DNA of 38,188 nucleotides from Candidatus Woesearchaeota archaeon (GTDB lineage Archaea; Nanobdellota; Nanobdellia; SCGC-AAA011-G17; ARS1403). The notes under the pieces were generated by a model. The model was not told where the DNA came from, made no database searches, and worked only from the letters and a program-made list of their open reading frames with translations. The stretch covers positions 1-38,188 of the forward strand of contig JAGVZL010000012.1 in assembly GCA_018302505.1 (NCBI GenBank), in the 5' to 3' direction. A program made the translations under genes and the position numbers. This document shows positions 17,960 to 27,207 of this stretch, in pieces; position 1 is the stretch's first letter, and each line of letters begins with the position of its first letter.

Positions 17960-19963
17960 TTAAAAGGGTTTTCTAAAGAAAACCGCTTTAACAATAAATA
18001 GAGCTACTACAACTAAGATAACGTCTCCAATTATCCAGAAAGTTGTGCTTCTGCCATCGAATAATCCGCCAAATAAACCAGATTCACTAACTACGCCGTT
18101 TTCAGCAACAACATCAAAGTTTAAAGTGAATTGTCTCTCAGCAAAATCTCCGCTTCTAGCAGGTCTAATAGTTACTGTAGCACTATTCATTCCAGCCTGA
18201 ACTTCTCCTAACTTAGCAGTAAAGTAAAGATTATTCTCACCAGAGTGTAAGCTAACCGGTTGATTCAATAAGCTATCCGCCCAGTCACCAACAGGTGTAA
18301 AACTTAAAGTTCCTTGTAAATCTCTATCCTCTATACTGCTTACAACTAAATGTAATTGAGCAGAACTTTTACCAGCAACAATAGAAGTTGTACCAGTGCT
18401 CAAACTTAATTGAGAAACACTTCCACCGTTAGTTGAACCGCCGTTAGTAACAGTTCCACATTCTCTAACACTCAAAGTTTCAAATTCTGACTGAGTATCA
18501 TCCCCATCATTATAATAAACGATGCCTTCAATCAAGTAATCCTTAGCTTGAGCATTGTTTGGAACAGTAAAACTAAATCTTTTGGTAGCACTTTCATCAT
18601 TGCCTGCAAAATCATCCAAATCGAATAAATTGCTCTCCATATCTAAGTTTAATTCATTATTCTTAACTTGGATGTAAACATCGTCTTCATCTCTAGTGCC
18701 TTGGTTCTCAACATCTACTTTAATATCAATAGTTTCGCTACAAGATGCAGTAGAAGGACTAATTGTAACTTGCTTGACAACTGTAGCATGAGCTTCTCTT
18801 TCAAAATCTAAGTTAACACTTTCTTCATTACAGTTTTGATCTTCATCTCCATCCTCATATGCTTTTACGTAAAGCACATAACTATCATCAGTGTCTAAGT
18901 CGCTTGATTTTGGAATTTCCAATTCTAACTCATAAGTTTCAGTATCTCCATCATTTATATTAACAGAGTCGCCTTCAACACTTGCAATTTCTTCATTTTG
19001 ATCTAGATTCCATAAGAAAGCCTCAACAACAACATCCATATCTGTATCATCATCATTTTGGACTCTAACATCAATATTTAATGTGTCCCCTGGTTTAATG
19101 TCATCTCCATTATCAGGTTCTCTTAAATCAATATCTAAAAATGCATTGCCTGAACTTGTTGTATCTCCATCTTTAACAATTCCATCACTGCAAATTTCTG
19201 GCTGAATTTGCAAGTTTAATCTAAAGCTGTCTGTAGCTGTACCACTTGTAACATTAACAGTACCTGCATAATTATCCAAATCAATATTATTTCCAAATGC
19301 AGCTGTAATAGTAACTGTAGCACTAGCACCAGGATTAACTGTCCCAGGATTTGAGAAAGTCAAGGAAATTGAATCCCCATCAGAGTCATTTAAGTTAATA
19401 TTGTTTGTAAATGTAAAGCTATTCAAGATAACATTACCATTATTAGTCACTGTAAATGTTCCTGTACCTGAATTATCTTCCTGTCCTCTAATCTCTAAAG
19501 AAGTTGTTGTATCATAAGTTGGTACATCTAAAGAACTGTATGAATTAACTACAACACTTAATGTAAAAGTACTTGTAACAGTAGCTCCAGAAACAGTGCC
19601 TGAAACTGTAACAGTTCCTTGATAGGTTTGTGCAGCCAAATTGCTTGGAATAGCAACAGTAGTTGTTATAGTTGTGCTTCCATTAGCAGCCAAGCTGGAA
19701 ACGCTAGATGGACTAAAGCTGATAGCACTAGATGGAATATTTTTAGTTGCGTCAGTAACACCTACTAAAGCCGCAGAACTTATGCTAATACCAGTAGCAG
19801 GATTAGCTGCGTCATCGTTAGTTAATACAAAACTTCCATTAGCACTTGCTCCTGGATTTGCAGCACTTGGGTCTGTATTAACTGTTTGTAAAGCAAAAGC
19901 AGTATTCACTAGCAATAATAGTATTGCCATTAAAACACCACTCATGAATATCTTTTTATTCAT
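17960..19963 (-). CDS. Putative S-layer / cell-surface protein with Ig-like (CARDB-like) domains and C-terminal TM anchor
   Basis: Signal peptide MNKKIF...AFA (start 19963, GGGGT upstream); Thr/Ser/Asn-rich then Asp-rich beta domains (VDVENQGTRDEDDV); G/S/T linker; C-terminal TM plus basic tail. Confidence 0.8.
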   Translation of the reverse strand: MNKKIFMSGVLMAILLLLVNTAFALQTVNTDPSAANPGASANGSFVLTNDDAANPATGISISSAALVGVTDATKNIPSSAISFSPSSVSSLAANGSTTITTTVAIPSNLAAQTYQGTVTVSGTVSGATVTSTFTLSVVVNSYSSLDVPTYDTTTSLEIRGQEDNSGTGTFTVTNNGNVILNSFTFTNNINLNDSDGDSISLTFSNPGTVNPGASATVTITAAFGNNIDLDNYAGTVNVTSGTATDSFRLNLQIQPEICSDGIVKDGDTTSSGNAFLDIDLREPDNGDDIKPGDTLNIDVRVQNDDDTDMDVVVEAFLWNLDQNEEIASVEGDSVNINDGDTETYELELEIPKSSDLDTDDSYVLYVKAYEDGDEDQNCNEESVNLDFEREAHATVVKQVTISPSTASCSETIDIKVDVENQGTRDEDDVYIQVKNNELNLDMESNLFDLDDFAGNDESATKRFSFTVPNNAQAKDYLIEGIVYYNDGDDTQSEFETLSVRECGTVTNGGSTNGGSVSQLSLSTGTTSIVAGKSSAQLHLVVSSIEDRDLQGTLSFTPVGDWADSLLNQPVSLHSGENNLYFTAKLGEVQAGMNSATVTIRPARSGDFAERQFTLNFDVVAENGVVSESGLFGGLFDGRSTTFWIIGDVILVVVALFIVKAVFFRKPF

Positions 19964-20073
19964 TTTATCTTTAACCCCCGTAATCATGATTATAGCTTAT
20001 AAATGCCTTATTTCTATTTATAAAGCTTTCGTTAATAATCACTTTATAATAATAACATAAGAAAATACAAATT

Positions 20074-20460
20074 TTACTCTTTTTTTCTCTTTTTCTGTTT
20101 AAACCTCAAAGCTGCCGAGTTTATACAATATCTCTTCCCAGTCGGTTCAGGCCCATCATCAAAAATATGCCCTAAATGGCTTCCGCATTTGCTGCAAACC
20201 GCTTCTATTCTTTCCATAAACATACTATTATCCTTCTCTTTCCTTATTTTATCCTTAGAAACAACATCCCAAAAACTAGGCCATCCGCTTTTAGAATCAT
20301 ATTTTGTATCTGAAGAAAATAACCTATTCCCGCAGACAGCACACAAATATTCCCCATTCTTCTTATTTTTTAAATATTTCCCAGTAAAGGGCGTCTCAGT
20401 ACCTTTCTCTCTTAAAATATGATACTCCCTTTTACTTAATTTCTTCCATTTATCTTCCAT
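20074..20460 (-). CDS. msrB: Peptide-methionine (R)-S-oxide reductase
   Basis: GTETPFTG, CAVC, GWPSF, CSKCGSHLGHIFDDGP, RYCINSAAL. Confidence 0.97.
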   Translation of the reverse strand: MEDKWKKLSKREYHILREKGTETPFTGKYLKNKKNGEYLCAVCGNRLFSSDTKYDSKSGWPSFWDVVSKDKIRKEKDNSMFMERIEAVCSKCGSHLGHIFDDGPEPTGKRYCINSAALRFKQKKRKKE

Positions 20461-20972
20461 TTTTTCTCACCAAATTTCATCACGATTAACCCAATAGTAT
20501 ATCCCAAAAAGCCGCCTAAAATTAAATCGCTGGCATAATGCACTCCCAAATAAATTCTTGAGAAAGAAACTAAAATAGCCACTATAAAAAATAAGTAAAT
20601 ATATTTAGGAAAATTCTTAGTCATTAATGGCAAGGTTGAAAAAATAGTAGCTGCATGATTGCTTGGAAAACTATACGATGACTCAAAAAACAAAGCTGCA
20701 TCAGGCCTTTCCCTCATTATTAAGAGTTTTAATATAAACCCTATTAAATAAGATAAAACAATACTTAAGATAAGTAATGCTATTTTTTTATTATTTTTCA
20801 ATAAGAAAGAATACGAAACAAAAACAACAAACAAAAAACCAATGCTTGTTATAACCATCATAAAGCTCGTAACATTTTCAGTTCTCAAAGAAGTTACAAA
20901 ATCTATTATCCAATTATCAAAAACAAATGACAAAATTAATAACAAACCTATTATCAAAATTGTTTTTTTCAT
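20436..20972 (-). CDS. PAP2 family phosphatase
   Basis: KLLIMRERP, SFPSNHA, SRIYLGVHYASD (PAP2 C1/C2/C3 motifs); start placed at MKKTIL. Confidence 0.92.
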   Translation of the reverse strand: MKKTILIIGLLLILSFVFDNWIIDFVTSLRTENVTSFMMVITSIGFLFVVFVSYSFLLKNNKKIALLILSIVLSYLIGFILKLLIMRERPDAALFFESSYSFPSNHAATIFSTLPLMTKNFPKYIYLFFIVAILVSFSRIYLGVHYASDLILGGFLGYTIGLIVMKFGEKKWKINGRN

Positions 20973-21020
20973 TATAATGAAATACAAACATTTATTTAAA
21001 TAATTATTGAATTAAATATC

Positions 21021-21539
21021 ATGGATTACTACAAATCTTTAATTTTAAGGATTCTTATCCCCTTTATCATATCTTATAAGATTATTCAAGTGTTAGCTTT
21101 ATATTTAACGATTAACGTTTCAAAGATAGTATTAGACATTTTTAGCCGGGATGTTTTCGTTATAGGGACTTTTTTATCATATAATGAAAATTTTGTTAAG
21201 TTTATCCCTGCATGTGCTGCAGCATCAGCATACTACCTATTATTATTGTTAACAACCCTGACAAAGGATATCCAATTTAAGAAAAGATTAAAGATATTTT
21301 TTTATGGTTCATTAATAATTTTTATAATCAATATCCTTAGAATAGTCTCACTAATATTATTTTTAGATAATAAATCCTATATTCTATTTAACGCAGCCCA
21401 TAATTTTTTCTGGTCAATAATCTCTTCTGTGTTGGTTGCAGGCATATGGGTCTATTTAATTAGGAGGTATAAGATAAAATCTATTCCAATATACTCAGAC
21501 CTGAAATATTTAATAAAGAAGATAAATCTATATAAATAA
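21021..21539 (+). CDS. Archaeosortase/exosortase family protein (pacearchaeosortase-like)
   Basis: Multi-TM protein with FIPACAA (Cys), INILRI (Arg) and FNAAH (His), the exosortase/archaeosortase triad. Confidence 0.82.
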   Translation: MDYYKSLILRILIPFIISYKIIQVLALYLTINVSKIVLDIFSRDVFVIGTFLSYNENFVKFIPACAAASAYYLLLLLTTLTKDIQFKKRLKIFFYGSLIIFIINILRIVSLILFLDNKSYILFNAAHNFFWSIISSVLVAGIWVYLIRRYKIKSIPIYSDLKYLIKKINLYK

Positions 21540-21558
21540 AAACATACTATTGTTTTTT

Positions 21559-22161
21559 ATGAAAATCTCAGTAAATACAGAAACAGAAGAAATAGCGGAG
21601 CTAAGAGCCGCTGTTGCAATAATTGAAGACGCGATAAAAAGAAGAGAAGGTAGTGATGAAGGAGAGGAAGAAAGCTATGATTATGATTCTGAAACACAGA
21701 CAGAAGAAGGCGAAGTATCAAGCTATGAAAGCCATCCTCAGCAAGTAGAACAGCCTAAAGTTCAAGAAAGAAACATAGAACCTCCTGTTCAGGAGAGAAG
21801 GATAGAGCCTCAGATTCAAGAAAGAAGAATAGAGCCCCCAGTTCAAGAAAGGAAAGTAACTCCTCCTCCAACCGTAGATATGTCCGCATTATCAAAATCA
21901 ACATATGGAGAAAGAGTGGAAAAAAGAAATATGAGTGGTAACCCGCCTCCAGTTCAGCAGCAAAGAACGATTCCCCAATCCTCTCAGCCGCAGCAAAATA
22001 ATAAAGGAGTAGTAAGGAATATAATTCAAACTTTAAAAGATAAAAATAGAGGCGGTCCAATTCAAATGACAGAGATTTTAAGAATGGCAAGAGACAAAAG
22101 AATTGGAGAGGATGAAACAAGAAGGTTTGTTCAGGAGCTACAGAGAGAAAGTTCTATTTAA
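21559..22161 (+). CDS. Hypothetical protein: acidic/Pro-Gln-rich linker with tandem repeats and C-terminal winged-helix-like domain
   Basis: ATG 21559 (MKISV); C-terminus VRNIIQTL...IQMTEILRMARDKRIGEDETRRFVQELQRES has a three-helix HTH pattern. Confidence 0.75.
   Translation: MKISVNTETEEIAELRAAVAIIEDAIKRREGSDEGEEESYDYDSETQTEEGEVSSYESHPQQVEQPKVQERNIEPPVQERRIEPQIQERRIEPPVQERKVTPPPTVDMSALSKSTYGERVEKRNMSGNPPPVQQQRTIPQSSQPQQNNKGVVRNIIQTLKDKNRGGPIQMTEILRMARDKRIGEDETRRFVQELQRESSI
21760..21867 (+). repeat. Four in-frame 27-bp tandem repeats (VQERxIEPP)
   Basis: Units start at 21760, 21787, 21814 and 21841: VQERNIEPP, VQERRIEPQ, IQERRIEPP, VQERKVTPP. Confidence 0.9.
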
Positions 22162-22258
22162 AGGTGTTTTTATCAAACTTTCCTATTAAAACAACTATCC
22201 ATAATAAAAAGAAAAATCCTACTATAAAAGTAGAATAAAAATTACATACAAAATTTAA

Positions 22259-23098
22259 TCATTTCCCCTGAAATACCATCAAGTCTTCAGTAGTTAATTT
22301 CTTGCCGGCTTTTAATTTTTCTTCAACGGTTTTTACTTTTTCTTTAATGTATTTCTCTTCCTTAACTTGTTTATTCTTGATCTGTCTTCCTCTGGATTTC
22401 TCAGTCTTTTTCCTGCTCTCACCTAGTTTTTTTAATTTATCCTCTAATAATTTAGTCTTTTCAGTGAATTTATTTTTAAAATCCAAGAATTTATCAAAAG
22501 CAGCTTCCTGAACCTTATTTATCTTCTTAATCTCCTCAGAGATTTTATTTAAATCAGTATAAACTTTCTGGCTCTCCTTAGCTTCATTTTGTATTTTGTT
22601 ATGTATCTCTTCAGCCTTTTTCTTCACTTCATTTATTCCTTTAGAAATTTCAGAACTGCCTTTTAGATTAGCATATTCTTTTCTTAATTTATTAATCTCC
22701 TTCATAACTTTCTTTTCATTAGTTAAAGACAAAACTTCAGTTTCAACCTTTAATTCTAATTTATCAATCTGTTCTTTTATACTCTTAGTATTAACCCCTT
22801 TATCTCCTTTTTTTAATTTAGGAGTATCTTTAGTCTTGTTTTTTACTTCCTCATTATATTTATCCCTCTCTTTCTTAAGCTCATTTATTCTCTTAGAATA
22901 CTCTTCTTTCTTTTTTCTTAGTTCTTTGACTTCTTTAATTAAATCTAAAACTTTATGTTTTAAATCTTCTTTTTCCTTAAACCATTTCTCTTTTTCTTCA
23001 TTAATAGAATTAAGCTCAAACTTTAGATTACTAATATCTCTACATAAACTGTTAAAATTCTCTTGATTGTTTTTATTTTCCCCATTATCTTTTGACAT
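22259..23098 (-). CDS. Archaeal coiled-coil protein (COG1340-like)
   Basis: Long coiled coil with ETEVLSLTNEKKVMKEI and C-terminal KLKAGKKLTTEDLMVFQ. Confidence 0.8.
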   Translation of the reverse strand: MSKDNGENKNNQENFNSLCRDISNLKFELNSINEEKEKWFKEKEDLKHKVLDLIKEVKELRKKKEEYSKRINELKKERDKYNEEVKNKTKDTPKLKKGDKGVNTKSIKEQIDKLELKVETEVLSLTNEKKVMKEINKLRKEYANLKGSSEISKGINEVKKKAEEIHNKIQNEAKESQKVYTDLNKISEEIKKINKVQEAAFDKFLDFKNKFTEKTKLLEDKLKKLGESRKKTEKSRGRQIKNKQVKEEKYIKEKVKTVEEKLKAGKKLTTEDLMVFQGK

Positions 23099-23181
23099 TT
23101 CAAATATTTATTACGATGCGTCTCTAAAAACAGAGATTTTCAGCTATTTAAATAACTTCTGCTAAAAATAAAAAGGGATGC

Positions 23182-23487
23182 TTAGCCGAATAGAGCACCT
23201 AATCCAGCAGCAGCCTCATCGGATGATTTCTTTTCTTCTTCTTCCTTTTTCTCTTCTTTAACTTCTTCTTTTGCTTGTCCAGCACTTGGAGCACTAGCAG
23301 CAGGAGCAGCTACAACAGCTTCTTCAATAGCTTTTTGTATATCCACACCTTCCAAAGAAGCAACAAGAGCTTTTACTTTAGCATCATTTACCTTTACATC
23401 AGCAGCTTCTAAAATTTTTTTTACTCCACTTTCATTAATTTCCTTACCCGCTTTGTGTAATAGCATTGCCGCATATACTTCTTCCAT
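23182..23487 (-). CDS. rpl12: Ribosomal stalk protein P1 (aL12)
   Basis: YAAMLLHKAGKEINE, Ala-rich hinge, acidic tail, AAAGLGALFG. Confidence 0.97.
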   Translation of the reverse strand: MEEVYAAMLLHKAGKEINESGVKKILEAADVKVNDAKVKALVASLEGVDIQKAIEEAVVAAPAASAPSAGQAKEEVKEEKKEEEEKKSSDEAAAGLGALFG

Positions 23488-23488
23488 T

Positions 23489-24604
23489 TTATTTTTCCTC
23501 CATACCCTTCTTCTTTTCAGCTAATTCATGAGCACTCGGCACTTTCCCAGCTTTTTTGCTTTTCTTAGCTAGCTCATATAAATCAGGAACTTGATCTTCT
23601 TTTTGCTTCTTCTTTTCCGCTAATTCTCTAGCAGAAAGAACTTTTTCAGAAGCATTCTCAATTATATCCGCCATTTCTCCCACATCAGAATTTTCTTGGG
23701 ATTTTTCCTCTTTTAAATTTTCCTCTTTTAATTTTTCTAAAATTTCTGCCTGAATATTTGCCTTTCCAAGCATATCTTTAACATTATCTTCCGTTAATAT
23801 TCCAGCAATTTTAGTCAAAGCTTCAGCCTCACTATTGGCTTTTGCTAATAATAATTTTATATTCTCCTCTGTTGGATAGCCTATACTTATAGTTAATCTT
23901 AAAGCATCAAACGCTATTCTCTTAATCTCATCAACATAAATGCTCCCATCTACATTTAATACTTCCTTATCAACAATAATTCCTTCTTCATAAGCAGCAG
24001 CTAAACTTAACCCTATCTCCATTGGTTTAATGTCTAACTTAGCTAATAAATCCGCAACCTTAGCCTTTATTACTTCTCCTTTTTTAACAACAACAGTATC
24101 TTTCTTAATCACAATCTTTCCCTGTTCTACAACAGCTTTAACACCTAAGCTTCCCAACTCTCCTATCATAGGACCTGGTGCAAAGGATGTAGGTCCTGCA
24201 TTTACAACTAAATCCTTTGGAGCAGTTTGCCCTGGTTTAGCAGCAACCTTGGATTTATTTTTTCTTAAAAATAAAGATAATTTAAAAGAATTTAATCTTG
24301 AGAATATCAAAGCAGGCATTACGTTATCTAAAAACGGAACAAATTCTTCTATTCCTTTTTTCCCTTTAAAATTTTCTAATGCTTTTTTTATCAGCCTTTT
24401 TTTAGTAACCCTTACAACAACATTATCTTTTTTTAGTTTTGACCTCATTATTTGCAGCTGCGGGCTGGGTAAAGAAGTTAAATCAACTAAAGCAATCGTA
24501 TCATATTCGCTGAATAGGCTCCTTAATGTTTCTACTTCTTTATGTTTAACTTCAGAAACATGTGTTTTTCTAATTGTGCTTTCCTTTGATTTAGTTTCCT
24601 TCAT
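23489..24604 (-). CDS. rpl10: Ribosomal protein uL10/P0 with atypical C-terminal tail
   Basis: LPSPQLQIMRSKL, AKPGQTAPKDLVVNAGPTSFAPGP, LLAKLDIKPMEIGL; located between rpl1 and rpl12. Confidence 0.95.
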   Translation of the reverse strand: MKETKSKESTIRKTHVSEVKHKEVETLRSLFSEYDTIALVDLTSLPSPQLQIMRSKLKKDNVVVRVTKKRLIKKALENFKGKKGIEEFVPFLDNVMPALIFSRLNSFKLSLFLRKNKSKVAAKPGQTAPKDLVVNAGPTSFAPGPMIGELGSLGVKAVVEQGKIVIKKDTVVVKKGEVIKAKVADLLAKLDIKPMEIGLSLAAAYEEGIIVDKEVLNVDGSIYVDEIKRIAFDALRLTISIGYPTEENIKLLLAKANSEAEALTKIAGILTEDNVKDMLGKANIQAEILEKLKEENLKEEKSQENSDVGEMADIIENASEKVLSARELAEKKKQKEDQVPDLYELAKKSKKAGKVPSAHELAEKKKGMEEK

Positions 24605-25316
24605 CTTTCTTTACTCCCTTTTTCTTAATTTTTTTAGGAATATCCTCAGTTATCTCCCCTTTTTTCTTTTCTCCAACTAGCACTGGCTTGCTCATTGTAA
24701 ATTTAATTAAAATAGAACTGACATTAACCTCTCCATGCGGCAAAGAATGAAGAAGGTTATCATAAATATAAAATGCATTAGCTGTTAAATCCTCATCTTT
24801 CATATCTTCATAGCCAATCCTGGTTTTTACTATTGGTTCATTTCTGTTCATTACCCTAATGCTTTTCCTGAACTTAGCAACTACAGGTTTAATATCCCCT
24901 CCAGGCGGAACAACTCCACCAAATTTCGGATTTGGCATCTTGCCCATAGGTCCTAATATTCTACCGAATTTAGTAGCAATTAACCCCATTAAATTTGCTT
25001 GAGAAATGAAAAATCCAAACTCTTTTCCTAATTTTTTTGTGTCTTTAGCATTATTCCATTTATCTATTTCAGTTTTGCTTATTACTCTATCACAGCTTCC
25101 TTTAGTTCTGTTAATATAATCATCATCAACTATAGCGCAAACCTTAGTCTGCTTTGTAAAAGTATGAGGTAAAATAACAAAACTATCTATAGGATTCTTC
25201 TTTAAGTCAACATGCCTAAAATTCACAATTAAATCCATAGCCTGAGAAAACTTTCTCTTCTTAGAATCTTTCCTTAATTGTTCAATTGCTTTTGAAAAAT
25301 CTTCTTTCTTAACCAT
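24591..25316 (-). CDS. rpl1: Ribosomal protein uL1
   Basis: KKRKFSQAMDLIVNF, FGRILGPMGKMPNPK, IKFTMSKPV; SD GGAGG upstream. Confidence 0.95.
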   Translation of the reverse strand: MVKKEDFSKAIEQLRKDSKKRKFSQAMDLIVNFRHVDLKKNPIDSFVILPHTFTKQTKVCAIVDDDYINRTKGSCDRVISKTEIDKWNNAKDTKKLGKEFGFFISQANLMGLIATKFGRILGPMGKMPNPKFGGVVPPGGDIKPVVAKFRKSIRVMNRNEPIVKTRIGYEDMKDEDLTANAFYIYDNLLHSLPHGEVNVSSILIKFTMSKPVLVGEKKKGEITEDIPKKIKKKGVKKDEGN

Positions 25317-25381
25317 CTATATCCTCCTACATTAAGTAGTATAACGGAATAAGAAAATAAGAAAATTAAACCTTTATAAAT

Positions 25382-25513
25382 TTATCTAATTAATCTGCTA
25401 ATTTCTATTTGTGCCTTTTTAATTCTATTTAATGATTTCTTAAAATTAATAATACTCTGATTTACCCTTCTCTCATTATCCTTCAAGATAAAATCCAATT
25501 GATCTCTAGTCAT
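25382..25513 (-). CDS. Putative 43-aa basic helical microprotein (not in ORF track)
   Basis: MTRDQLDFILKDNERRVNQSIINFKKSLNRIKKAQIEISRLIR*; GAGTGGTG SD-like element just upstream. Confidence 0.55.
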   Translation of the reverse strand: MTRDQLDFILKDNERRVNQSIINFKKSLNRIKKAQIEISRLIR

Positions 25514-25567
25514 TAAGCACCACTCTTACATCAATTATAAATTTCTTAAAATATAAACCTTTCTTTT

Positions 25568-25948
25568 TCATTTTTTTAATTCCTTTTGTAATTGTTCCAA
25601 TAATTCCTTCATTCTTTTATTTTCATCTACCAAAACATTATATTCTTTCTCAAGTTCGTTTAACTCAATTTGATAAATAATAGTATTTTCATTTAATGTC
25701 CTGTATCTACTTTCCATACATATCTTTTCAAAAGAAATTGTAGTTATAAATAATAATGCAAATGTTCCCGCATAAATATGTGCATTTTCTGGTTTTATTA
25801 AAATTAAATAAATAAGAATCAATTGTTCTAAAAAATATAAAAAAAGAAACATAACATCAAATAAAGTTTTATGGCTGTAGAAAAAATATCTCAGATTAAA
25901 CCAGAATTCTTCCATTCTTAAGAATATAATACCATGCCGTGAAACCAT
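25568..25948 (-). CDS. Hypothetical protein, 2 TM plus C-terminal coiled coil
   Basis: Two hydrophobic segments followed by heptad-rich ELNELEKEYNVL...; the start may be the downstream MEEFW. Confidence 0.7.
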   Translation of the reverse strand: MVSRHGIIFLRMEEFWFNLRYFFYSHKTLFDVMFLFLYFLEQLILIYLILIKPENAHIYAGTFALLFITTISFEKICMESRYRTLNENTIIYQIELNELEKEYNVLVDENKRMKELLEQLQKELKK

Positions 25949-26000
25949 ATCCTAATCGAACTATCTTTTATTTATTAGAATTATTGTAAACTAAAATAAA

Positions 26001-26513
26001 TTATCTAAAACATCTGTAAACAAACAATTTCTCCATTAAACCAACAGATTTACTTTCTAACTCTTCAAACTTAAATTTCTTAGTAATTATAGAATCAACT
26101 TTCTTTTTATTAGTCAAGCTACTGAATAATATTAATACCTCCCCTTTATTTTCTAAATAATCATCAACTTTAGAAAAAAACTTTTCAATAATCTCCCACC
26201 CATGCTTGCCGCCAAACAAATCTTTATGTTCTTTCATATTTTCATCTTGAGGCAAATAAGGCGGATTAAATATAATAACATCAAATCTTCCTTTAACATT
26301 AGAAAACAAATCGCTTTTAGAAGCATTTAATTTTAGTTTCTTGCAATGCTCAACAGAATCATCATCAATATCAACTCCAGAAACATTTTTACTCTTTGTT
26401 AAAGCAGCTTTCATTAAGATTCCAGAGCCGCAGCCAACATCAAGAACCTTCCCTCTAGCAAATTTTCTAACATATTTTTCAAGCAAATAACTGTCATCGC
26501 CGGGGTTATACAT
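26001..26513 (-). CDS. HemK2/MTQ2-like SAM-dependent N5-glutamine methyltransferase
   Basis: YNPGDDSYLL, LDVGCGSG, SDLF, FNPPYLP, FGGKHG. Confidence 0.88.
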   Translation of the reverse strand: MYNPGDDSYLLEKYVRKFARGKVLDVGCGSGILMKAALTKSKNVSGVDIDDDSVEHCKKLKLNASKSDLFSNVKGRFDVIIFNPPYLPQDENMKEHKDLFGGKHGWEIIEKFFSKVDDYLENKGEVLILFSSLTNKKKVDSIITKKFKFEELESKSVGLMEKLFVYRCFR

Positions 26514-26528
26514 TTTTCAGAAAAAAGC

Positions 26529-26660
26529 TCAACCTTTATTTATCAGTTTCTGTATCAAAGCACTATTGGCAATCTCGTCTATCTGATCAACTCCATATCC
26601 TGCTTTTACTAGAGTCTCCCACACATCCTTGTCAACCTTAATTTTTTTCTTTTTTATCAT
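26529..26660 (-). CDS. Putative 43-aa ribbon-helix-helix-like microprotein (not in ORF track)
   Basis: MIKKKKIKVDKDVWETLVKAGYGVDQIDEIANSALIQKLINKG*: strand-helix-helix pattern; ends 15 nt before the methyltransferase start. Confidence 0.55.
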   Translation of the reverse strand: MIKKKKIKVDKDVWETLVKAGYGVDQIDEIANSALIQKLINKG

Positions 26661-26754
26661 TCAGCAATCCAATAGAAAGATAAATTTTTAAAGTTTACTA
26701 AGCGGATTACCCATCTATCTTTATTAATAACATCAAAAGGTGTATTGTCGTCTT

Positions 26755-27207
26755 TCATTTTTTAAGATTATCTAAGTGTAAAAAATATTCTTTAACTCTA
26801 GAAACAATGTTTTTCAGATAAAACTTCTCAATTTTTTCTTCAAATAGATTGCTTAGCGTTTCATTCTCATTAATTCTATAGATATTTCCATTTTTCTCAA
26901 CTAAAAACAAATCTCTTAATCTTTTTAATTGCCTTCTTATATTGCTACCAGCCACTCCTTTCAAGTCTAAATTATTACTTTTTCTAAACTCAGAAACCTT
27001 ATCAACAATGCCATTGCCATCAACTTCTTTATTCTCTAATAAAACACAAAAAACATCAACAACAACATCCCTAGAGTCTCCAGGCTGCAATAAACCAATG
27101 CTTAAGCATAATTTCTTAACCAGCTCTCTTTTAGGCATGTCATAAGGTCTTTCATATTTTCTTAAGGTAATCTCAGATAAAGGAATACTCTTGGAAACAT
27201 TACTCAT
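26755..27207 (-). CDS. Winged helix-turn-helix protein (putative transcription regulator)
   Basis: GVAGSNIRRQLKRLRDLFLVEKNGNIYRI is a recognition helix plus wing; N-terminal EITLRKYERP...CLSIGLLQPGDSRD. Confidence 0.78.
   Translation of the reverse strand: MSNVSKSIPLSEITLRKYERPYDMPKRELVKKLCLSIGLLQPGDSRDVVVDVFCVLLENKEVDGNGIVDKVSEFRKSNNLDLKGVAGSNIRRQLKRLRDLFLVEKNGNIYRINENETLSNLFEEKIEKFYLKNIVSRVKEYFLHLDNLKK

Noticed and set aside
17671-17960. Integrated element (att site) at the tRNAs
   Set aside because: I found no duplicated tRNA 3' end and no integrase or transposase in the window.
20074-20460. Selenocysteine recoding in MsrB
   Set aside because: The catalytic residue in RYCINS is an ordinary TGT codon and there is no in-frame TGA.
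21760-21867. 27-bp repeats as CRISPR or mobile-element repeats
   Set aside because: They are contiguous, in frame, spacer-less and diverge at synonymous positions, so they are a protein repeat.
23121-23136. Short hairpin TCTCT-N6-AGAGA upstream of the coiled-coil gene
   Set aside because: A 5-bp stem is expected by chance and overlaps the predicted promoter-to-start region; nothing else supports a ncRNA.
24030-24680. Long antisense ORFs (also 33527-34042, 35094-35522, 22596-23066, 29598-30035, 19641-20060, 13454-13789 and other short ones)
   Set aside because: They are shadows on the opposite strand of well-supported genes, with the Phe/Ser/Leu-rich composition expected from antisense Lys/Glu codons.
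26529-26660. Trm112 activator next to the HemK2-like methyltransferase
   Set aside because: The peptide has no Cys/Zn-knuckle or YPIxxGIP-like motif and looks RHH-like instead.
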